The position numbers were made by a program, and so were the translations under genes. Below the pieces are notes generated by a model. That model was not told where the DNA came from and made no database searches. It worked only from the letters and a program-made list of their open reading frames with translations. Shown one piece after another: positions 57,647 to 64,000 of a stretch of DNA of 64,000 nucleotides (the stretch's first letter is position 1; every line of letters begins with the position of its first letter). The DNA is taken from positions 96,001 to 160,000 of IMG/VR virus record IMGVR_UViG_3300028591_000076. One strand, given 5' to 3'. Source of the stretch: a virus (lineage: Duplodnaviria; Caudoviricetes).

Positions 57647-58924
57647 TTATAGTCCACCACGCTGAATAGAAAGTGACAATGGTAAACTATTTTCATGGAA
57701 TAACTCTTTTATTTCCTGTTCTATTGCATCTGCTCTAGAAATCATTTGTTCTGTATTAAAAGGAACATTCTCATCTGTTTTAAGTAAATTACGTAATGCT
57801 CCAAAATTTCTTAAAGCATATGCAGTGCAGAGTCGTCTAATATTAGGTAACTGGTCATATGGTAAATGAGTATAGTCCAAGTCCATACAAAGCCAGTGAA
57901 TATTTAAGAAACCGCCAATAGATGTATATCCCTGAACATACTTCTTACCATACTCTATTACATCTCTAGAATATTCTCTTCTAAAATAATTCATATAGCC
58001 CTGTCTTGTAGCCATAGCCATAAGAGCAGCATCTGAATTCTCTAGTCCAACATATCCCGGAACTGCTTTATGATATCTTAGACCATTTCCCCAGCGGCTT
58101 CCAATACCATAGCTACCCATACCCATCATTTCAGTTCTAACAAAACTAAATGCGGAACTATAGGCTTGTGTACCACCAGCTCCAGCTCCTAATGTCATAT
58201 AAGCATCTGCTTTATAAGCCCTAGCTGTTTTATTTTGTGGAAAATCATGATATTCTACTTTCCAATTTACACCCGCACCTTTATTTCCAATAGCTTCATC
58301 TATTACTAGTGGGAAGTATGAATAATATAAATCTAATGCTGGTCGTATACAAATTTGTGTTACGGTATCCTTATTATATTCTAGTTCGTCCTCATCAAGG
58401 AAAGGCATACCTAATTCAGCCATTATTATTTTATATTCTTCATCTGGTATTATAATTCCTGATGATGTAACGGTATTATCAGCTGTAGACTCAGCAAAGG
58501 GCATAAAGTCATCTGGCACAGTTAAGTCTATATCATCTGAGCCTGAACTAGAGTCTGATCCAGAGTCGTCACTAGAGCTTGTATGAGTACCACCATAAAT
58601 TTTCTTTGCTTCTTCAGGTGTTAAAATAACTCTAAAGTTTGGTGATGCTACACCTTGATAAAAATAGCATGTGCCATCTATAGTTTCTACGTCTGCTTCG
58701 CTCCAGTTTATAGGCTGAAACCCTTTAGCAGTATTTACAATATATTCATATATGCAGAAAACAAAAGCTCCCTTCATAGGGCCTTCTTCTGTAACCATAA
58801 AAAGGTTATCCTTAACATACATTTTTGTGGAATTATTTACTGTCATTCCACCTAATGTCTTCCAGGTGTAATATATCTTTATTGGGTCTACTTTTAATTG
58901 TAAGAGATATTCTAATTTATTCAT
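57647..58924 (-). CDS. Neck (head-tail connector) protein, T4 gp13-like, with N-terminal extension
   Basis: IMAELGMP...; C-terminal IRRLCTAYALRNFGALR...QMISRADAIEQEIKE; Ser/Asp linker. Confidence 0.55.
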   Translation of the reverse strand: MNKLEYLLQLKVDPIKIYYTWKTLGGMTVNNSTKMYVKDNLFMVTEEGPMKGAFVFCIYEYIVNTAKGFQPINWSEADVETIDGTCYFYQGVASPNFRVILTPEEAKKIYGGTHTSSSDDSGSDSSSGSDDIDLTVPDDFMPFAESTADNTVTSSGIIIPDEEYKIIMAELGMPFLDEDELEYNKDTVTQICIRPALDLYYSYFPLVIDEAIGNKGAGVNWKVEYHDFPQNKTARAYKADAYMTLGAGAGGTQAYSSAFSFVRTEMMGMGSYGIGSRWGNGLRYHKAVPGYVGLENSDAALMAMATRQGYMNYFRREYSRDVIEYGKKYVQGYTSIGGFLNIHWLCMDLDYTHLPYDQLPNIRRLCTAYALRNFGALRNLLKTDENVPFNTEQMISRADAIEQEIKELFHENSLPLSLSIQRGGL

Positions 58925-58940
58925 AATAAAATTAGTAAAG

Positions 58941-58968
58941 AAAAAGCTACCTAAATAGGTAGCTTTTT
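58941..58968 (-). terminator. Intrinsic terminator
   Basis: AAAAAGCTACCT-AAAT-AGGTAGCTTTTT. Confidence 0.8.
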
Positions 58969-58972
58969 ATAT

Positions 58973-59818
58973 TTAAGACCAACTGTTTTCTACTAATCTC
59001 TGGTGTAATTCTAGCACAGATGCTTCTAATAATTGTTCAACTTGATGTTCTTTTGCCCACCGTTCCATAAAGAGCCTTTTACTATGTCTGGTTTTTGGTC
59101 CTCTAAGAAAAATTAATAAATAAAGACGAGTCAAAAAGGCATTTTTAGAATTATGCCCTATTACCTCGTCTAATTCATGCATTATTTCTATAATAATATT
59201 TTCGTTACTTTCTTTTGTAAGCTGGTCTTCTATAGTAATATAATCATTCGACCCACAAATTATATTGTCCTCGTAAGTAACGGTATCCCCAATTTCTTTT
59301 GTACCATCATCACTTATGAGTTGGTTTAAGCTTATATGATTATTTTCTGCTTGTAATTTAGGCTTATATATAGCTTCTACGATCTTCCATTTTACCATAC
59401 CCGCAAAAGAAGCGCCAACATAGAAGTCTGGATTTTTATTATATTGACTCATAAATGCTAAAGCAGCTGCAATAGCTTTATCTGAAACGTCCTCTGGCTC
59501 CATAAACTTCTTTTTCTTATTTCTTTTAAGAATGCAGGACCTAGTATATTGATACATAATTGCAAGCATATCTGACCAAACTTTAATTGCGCAATTTTCT
59601 GGCTTCTTTAATCTAGGCTGTCTATGCTCTGAATAAGCGTTTTTTAATTCGGCTTTATATTCTTCGTACTTCTGATTATATATATCTCTTTCAATAAAGA
59701 GCTTTGTTTGTAAAGCAAACAATTCCTGTTCTGTAGGCGGCTTTTCTTCTATTGTACCCCAGAAATTATTTTCTGATATTTTTTGCTTTAATTTACTAAC
59801 TATTTCTTCCTCTGTCAT
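58973..59818 (-). CDS. Divergent sigma-70-like factor (regions 2-3)
   Basis: EDVSDKAIAAALAFMSQYN...SFAGMVKWKIVEAI resembles region 2.2-2.4; ISLNQLISDDGTKEIGD resembles region 3.2 (SLD...LGD). Confidence 0.55.
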   Translation of the reverse strand: MTEEEIVSKLKQKISENNFWGTIEEKPPTEQELFALQTKLFIERDIYNQKYEEYKAELKNAYSEHRQPRLKKPENCAIKVWSDMLAIMYQYTRSCILKRNKKKKFMEPEDVSDKAIAAALAFMSQYNKNPDFYVGASFAGMVKWKIVEAIYKPKLQAENNHISLNQLISDDGTKEIGDTVTYEDNIICGSNDYITIEDQLTKESNENIIIEIMHELDEVIGHNSKNAFLTRLYLLIFLRGPKTRHSKRLFMERWAKEHQVEQLLEASVLELHQRLVENSWS

Positions 59819-59899
59819 GATATCTCTCTTTAAAAGATTAATAAAATTATATTAACAAGAATCTGAATTTACTATAGAAAATTAGAATTTTTTAAAATT

Positions 59900-59929
59900 A
59901 AAAAGCTCACATTTCTAATGTGAGCTCTT
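59900..59929 (-). terminator. Intrinsic terminator
   Basis: AGCTCACATT-TCT-AATGTGAGCT with minus-strand U tract. Confidence 0.7.
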
Positions 59930-59950
59930 AAAAAATTATATAATAAAAAC

Positions 59951-61165
59951 TTATGCGTCACTCTTTATAATTTTAATACATGTTACTAAAACCTTATCTG
60001 ACTCTACAATAAATCCTGTTCCATTTGCTTCACCTATTTCTATAGGTGAATAATATAAGTTTACATCAGTAGCTTCAGACATAAGTTCAAGAATATCCCT
60101 TAAATAGGCAGAACCAATTAAGAAATTACATGTTTCAGAATTTGTAGTATTTTCAATAACTTCAACATCAACAGTTGTTTCAACATGAGCATTATAATCG
60201 CCATGCGAAAATTTAATTTTTGATGAGTCAAGAAGCTCTTTTGAAGAGTCTAGCTCAATATTTGCCCATTTCCAATCAGCCGTAAATACATTATCAAAAT
60301 ATCTTATAGCATCCAATAGGTCATCTTTTTTAACTGATATCTTAATCTGATTTGTTGCAATTGGGTCTACCCATGCTAATTCTTCCTCTGTTGGATATTG
60401 AAACATATTCTGATTTAAAGCTAAAATCATTGAGAAATCAAAATCTTTTACTAAGATATTTACAAATTGATTTGTACTATCAAATATTAGAGACATATCA
60501 AAACCAAAATATGGCTTAATATAATCAATTAATAAGTTCTGTATATAAATATCCTTATCATACGGAGATAGTTCATTTGCAAGTATATATTCAATAATAC
60601 CCTGAGGGTCACAGTACCTTATTATATTTTTATGTATAACTGCAGCATTTACCTCATTTGTTGAAATAGCCATAGACTTACAAATAACTTTCATAAGATT
60701 AATAAATTCGTTATCAGGCTTTATTTCATAAACTTCTTCTGTAAATTGGCTATCCTTAGCTAAATCATAAGCACCTATAATATTCTGTATTTCCTTATCA
60801 GACTTCTTTTCATGTTCTGTAAAAGAAATTACGGTACCTGTTGTAGGATTTGTAACAGTTGTTTCTGTTGCGACTTCTTTATCTTCAATATTAATTACAA
60901 TATAATCTGAACCTTTTATTAGTTTCTGTATAGTTTGTGATAATTGAATTAAATCACATGAAAAATAAGTTAAACTTGGATCAGTTGTTATATTTGACAC
61001 ATCTACATAATATTTTGCAGCAAAAAAGCTACTTTCAAATGCAACAAATAATTTATTTTCCGTTATGGTTAGAATATACTTAGAATTGGTACATATATCC
61101 TTACTTTTTTTAACAAAGCTATCTAATACTTTAGCATTTTCTTTAGTAATTGAGAATGTTATCAT
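59951..61165 (-). CDS. Probable DnaN-like sliding clamp
   Basis: 404 aa with three-domain alpha/beta periodicity; FQYP followed by ISVKKDDLLDAI; C-terminal SAYLRDILE. Confidence 0.55.
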   Translation of the reverse strand: MITFSITKENAKVLDSFVKKSKDICTNSKYILTITENKLFVAFESSFFAAKYYVDVSNITTDPSLTYFSCDLIQLSQTIQKLIKGSDYIVINIEDKEVATETTVTNPTTGTVISFTEHEKKSDKEIQNIIGAYDLAKDSQFTEEVYEIKPDNEFINLMKVICKSMAISTNEVNAAVIHKNIIRYCDPQGIIEYILANELSPYDKDIYIQNLLIDYIKPYFGFDMSLIFDSTNQFVNILVKDFDFSMILALNQNMFQYPTEEELAWVDPIATNQIKISVKKDDLLDAIRYFDNVFTADWKWANIELDSSKELLDSSKIKFSHGDYNAHVETTVDVEVIENTTNSETCNFLIGSAYLRDILELMSEATDVNLYYSPIEIGEANGTGFIVESDKVLVTCIKIIKSDA

Positions 61166-61226
61166 TTTTATTTCCTATAATTTTTTAAAATATTAACAAT
61201 ACAGATTTTTATCACTAATTTTTATT

Positions 61227-62456
61227 ATGGTAGATTTAAAACAAGCTAATAGAGACGTTGCTAATTTTTGTTTCGCAATGAAAAAAGAAATGCGTACATA
61301 TAAAGTATTTTGTGCTGGTGGATATAATTCACAAAATATAAATGAGCAACTATATAATTATATATTAAATAAATCAGAGGAACTTATAAAGCAGATAAGA
61401 ATATCTGTTATAAAATTTTGTAGAGCTAATCCATCTAAAGCTGACCAAACATTTAAGAAATTTGTAGATGAAGGCTTTAATAGTCAAAATATTACTGAAA
61501 AAGTATTTAATGCAACTTTACAGAAGTTTTATGCAATATCTAGTAATACAAGCTCACCTACTAATCCGTCCACTAGTAAACCAGTGGATACATCAAATAA
61601 TGTAGTTCAAACAAAATCTTCATTAAAAATTATTGATGGCTTTATGGTTGATACTAAATCTGGATTTATTCCAACTATAAATTATGTATCAAAAAGATAT
61701 AAAGAATTTAATAAAAAATATTTTGAAGACCAATTACCTAGTGTACCTATAAAAATTGCGGATACTAAAGGCTCAGCTGGCATGGTAAGATTTGCTTATA
61801 GAGGTGGCGTACGTACAATAGTAGATTTTAGAATATCACAAAAATACGGATATCCAGAAGAAGTAGTTTGTAATACTATTTTGCATGAGATGATACATGT
61901 ATACCAACATGCTATTCTACATGAGTCTCACAGAAATAGTGACGCGCATGGTATATCATTTATTAGAGAAATGAGAAGAATTAACGCATTTGGATGGAAA
62001 ATATCTACACATGTCACTGAAGAAGAACATAGTACGGCTATTCTTACAGATTTACAAAAATCAAAATTACATAATTTCAAATTTTATGCATTCTATAAAT
62101 CAAACAAGCTATGTATGGGAAAAATTAGAATTTCTAATTCTTCTAGACTAAAATCACCAGACCTAGCTTGGTTTGCGCCTAAAAAACCAAAATCTGCAGT
62201 ATTTGTTAGTATGCCAGAAACAAAAGGTCTATCATATAGCTATAGTGGTCATCCACTTACAATAGATGAAGTTAAAAAACTTTTAGCGGATGAAGAAATA
62301 TCTCTTATTTCTGCGCCTGATAAAATTAAAGAAAAATTGGGCTTAATAAATAAGGTAAGGGAATCTATTGATAAAGAAGATGAAAATGTTCTATATGTAG
62401 ACGGTGATTATAGAATAGTTATTGAAAATGGTGAAAGAATAGAGGAACTATCATAA
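61227..62456 (+). CDS. SprT-like zinc metalloprotease domain protein
   Basis: FNKKYF, TILHEMIH, AHGISFIREMRRIN; ACTAATT 6 nt before ATG. Confidence 0.8.
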   Translation: MVDLKQANRDVANFCFAMKKEMRTYKVFCAGGYNSQNINEQLYNYILNKSEELIKQIRISVIKFCRANPSKADQTFKKFVDEGFNSQNITEKVFNATLQKFYAISSNTSSPTNPSTSKPVDTSNNVVQTKSSLKIIDGFMVDTKSGFIPTINYVSKRYKEFNKKYFEDQLPSVPIKIADTKGSAGMVRFAYRGGVRTIVDFRISQKYGYPEEVVCNTILHEMIHVYQHAILHESHRNSDAHGISFIREMRRINAFGWKISTHVTEEEHSTAILTDLQKSKLHNFKFYAFYKSNKLCMGKIRISNSSRLKSPDLAWFAPKKPKSAVFVSMPETKGLSYSYSGHPLTIDEVKKLLADEEISLISAPDKIKEKLGLINKVRESIDKEDENVLYVDGDYRIVIENGERIEELS

Positions 62457-63424
62457 TGAATAAAAATATTTTTGAACACATTTATAATAATGCTGTAGAT
62501 AAAAGAATATATGAAGAAAAGCTCACACAAGAAGATAAGATGGATATGTGGCATAATGGTACTAGAGGATTTAATATTGAAGCGGCTAGTACATCTAAAT
62601 TACGTAAAAATCTTAAAATATGTAAGGCTAAAGGATATAGAGCTGAAGCTAGCAAAATAAGAGCTGAAATTAAAAAAAGAGGATTAAAAGTAGAGCTAGA
62701 TGAGTCTGGACTATTAAAGGAAGGCTGGACACCTTCAATTGGTGATTATGATTATACTGGCTCTTATGAAATAGATGATAATGAGTCTGGTGGAAGAGGT
62801 GGTTTAGTATTCTTCTTGGATATAGATAAAAAAATTGTATATAAAATAGCAACATCAGTTTGGTCAGATGCTAAAAAATATGAAAGAGCAGATGCTGAAC
62901 TCACTGCTAGAAACTCATTACCAGAAGGTCATGGTTCTTTTAAGTTAATCGCATATAAACATCTAACATATTCTGATCTATCAAAAGTAATTCTAAAAAA
63001 TACTAAAAAGTCTTATAGCGAATATAAATTATGGCAATGGGCAAATAATGGTGATAATTCTATATTCCTTTGTGGATATAAGCCTAATGGCGAAAAAATT
63101 CCAAATGAAAAGTTTAAAAAGAACTTATTTGATAATCAAGCAGAAACATTTGATGATATAGATGACGTTTTTGAAGATACTAAAACGGGTGACGTATTCT
63201 ATACCACTAAAGAAAAAGAAATGTCTAAAGATGACATATATCATATGGGATATAGTGATGGTTATCAAGATGGAATAGAAGATGATAAAATCAGTTATGA
63301 AAATATGAAACGTAACTGTGAAGAAAATGGCTATAGCTATGAAACTTATAAAAAAGGTTATGATGCCGGATTTAAGGAAGGACGAAAAGATAAAGAGTCG
63401 GGTGAATGGGATAGACACCAATAG
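62456..63424 (+). CDS. Hypothetical protein (possible internal head protein)
   Basis: N-terminus IFEHIYNNAV; C-terminal GYxxG repeats; TAATG coupling to the SprT gene. Confidence 0.55.
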   Translation: MNKNIFEHIYNNAVDKRIYEEKLTQEDKMDMWHNGTRGFNIEAASTSKLRKNLKICKAKGYRAEASKIRAEIKKRGLKVELDESGLLKEGWTPSIGDYDYTGSYEIDDNESGGRGGLVFFLDIDKKIVYKIATSVWSDAKKYERADAELTARNSLPEGHGSFKLIAYKHLTYSDLSKVILKNTKKSYSEYKLWQWANNGDNSIFLCGYKPNGEKIPNEKFKKNLFDNQAETFDDIDDVFEDTKTGDVFYTTKEKEMSKDDIYHMGYSDGYQDGIEDDKISYENMKRNCEENGYSYETYKKGYDAGFKEGRKDKESGEWDRHQ

Positions 63425-63427
63425 AAA

Positions 63428-63454
63428 TAAAAAGCCAGCTTAATGCTGGCTTTT
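63428..63454. terminator. Bidirectional terminator
   Basis: AAAAGCCAGC-TTAAT-GCTGGCTTTT. Confidence 0.85.
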
Positions 63455-63461
63455 ATTTTTA

Positions 63462-63995
63462 TTATTGGCTCTGAATAGGAACTATCTGAAATCCTTTTTG
63501 TGTAAGTGCTTGCTGTATCTGTGGAGTAATACCTGCTGACTGTAAAACCTTTTGAGTTTCTACGTCTTTTTGAGGCTGTTTTTGCACATTATTATTTGTA
63601 TTATCTTGACCAGCATTAGTATTATCTTTTGGACCATCTAGCTTACTAAATATATCTTTAGTATTTTTACATTTACTAATAAATGTATCTAAAGTATTTT
63701 TATCTAGAGGACCACCCATTTTCTGTCCTGTTTCTTTAGCTGTAAGTTTATCAACGTACTTAGATATAAAGCCTATTGTATTTCCTATTGCTTTCTTAAC
63801 ATTTTCTTTTGCTAATATAGCATTTTTAACATCACCTTTAGTCTTTAGGCCTTCATATGCGCTGTAAGACTTTTCTATAGCATCTATAAGACTTTTAACT
63901 TCTTTTGTACCCTGAGACTCTGATAACCTGTTAAAGAAAACTCCTTGAGACCAATTTATAGACTCTTGTTGTTTACCATTAGATGCTACATTCAT
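63462..63995 (-). CDS. Hypothetical protein (possibly 5'-partial)
   Basis: Frame open to the window edge; Q/N-rich C-terminus; LSES site. Confidence 0.5.
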   Translation of the reverse strand: MNVASNGKQQESINWSQGVFFNRLSESQGTKEVKSLIDAIEKSYSAYEGLKTKGDVKNAILAKENVKKAIGNTIGFISKYVDKLTAKETGQKMGGPLDKNTLDTFISKCKNTKDIFSKLDGPKDNTNAGQDNTNNNVQKQPQKDVETQKVLQSAGITPQIQQALTQKGFQIVPIQSQ

Positions 63996-64000
63996 GTCAT

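Noticed and set aside
326-63421. Short antisense or nested ORFs in the track (e.g. 326-628, 5457-5657, 27679-28002, 33689-33964, 35993-36298, 63125-63421)
   Set aside because: They lie within longer motif-bearing genes and have shadow-frame composition with no evident RBS
1-64000. Stop-codon reassignment (as in some gut megaphages)
   Set aside because: Code 11 gives dense full-length ORFs, and TAG (e.g. 2573, 3842) and TGA (10828) end genes at sensible boundaries
1-64000. CRISPR array, rRNA or complete tRNA genes
   Set aside because: Intergenic gaps are under about 200 bp, with no repeat-spacer periodicity and no complete cloverleaf seen by eye

Overview
AT-rich, densely coding window from a very large tailed bacteriophage (jumbo-type myovirus) that uses genetic code 11. 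Virion genes are dispersed among short transcription units that switch strand often and are separated by bidirectional intrinsic terminators. These virion genes are a tail sheath, a gp13-like neck protein, a 2416-aa fibre, an InlB-repeat protein and probable head/internal proteins. The window also encodes GroEL, DnaK, Hsp20, a rhomboid protease, an SprT protease, two AAA+ ATPases, a DinG helicase, a dNMP kinase, DHFR with a large insertion, a DnaN-like clamp, an HU-like protein, a lytic transglycosylase, an FAD oxidoreductase and several free-standing endonucleases. Highlights: (1) a 'long', eukaryote/archaea-type topoisomerase IB with an intact catalytic pentad in a bacterial-virus context; (2) a candidate phage transcription system made of a divergent sigma-like gene beside the clamp, a recurrent RCTAAWT promoter motif and apparently leaderless mRNAs; (3) an H-type pseudoknot in the hsp20 leader; (4) a PD-(D/E)XK nuclease-methyltransferase fusion; (5) a set of putative capsid-internal proteins sharing hydrophobic-X-E-S/A/G sites and an IFExIYNxAV N-terminus. 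All calls come from motif recognition by eye; no database searches were run.
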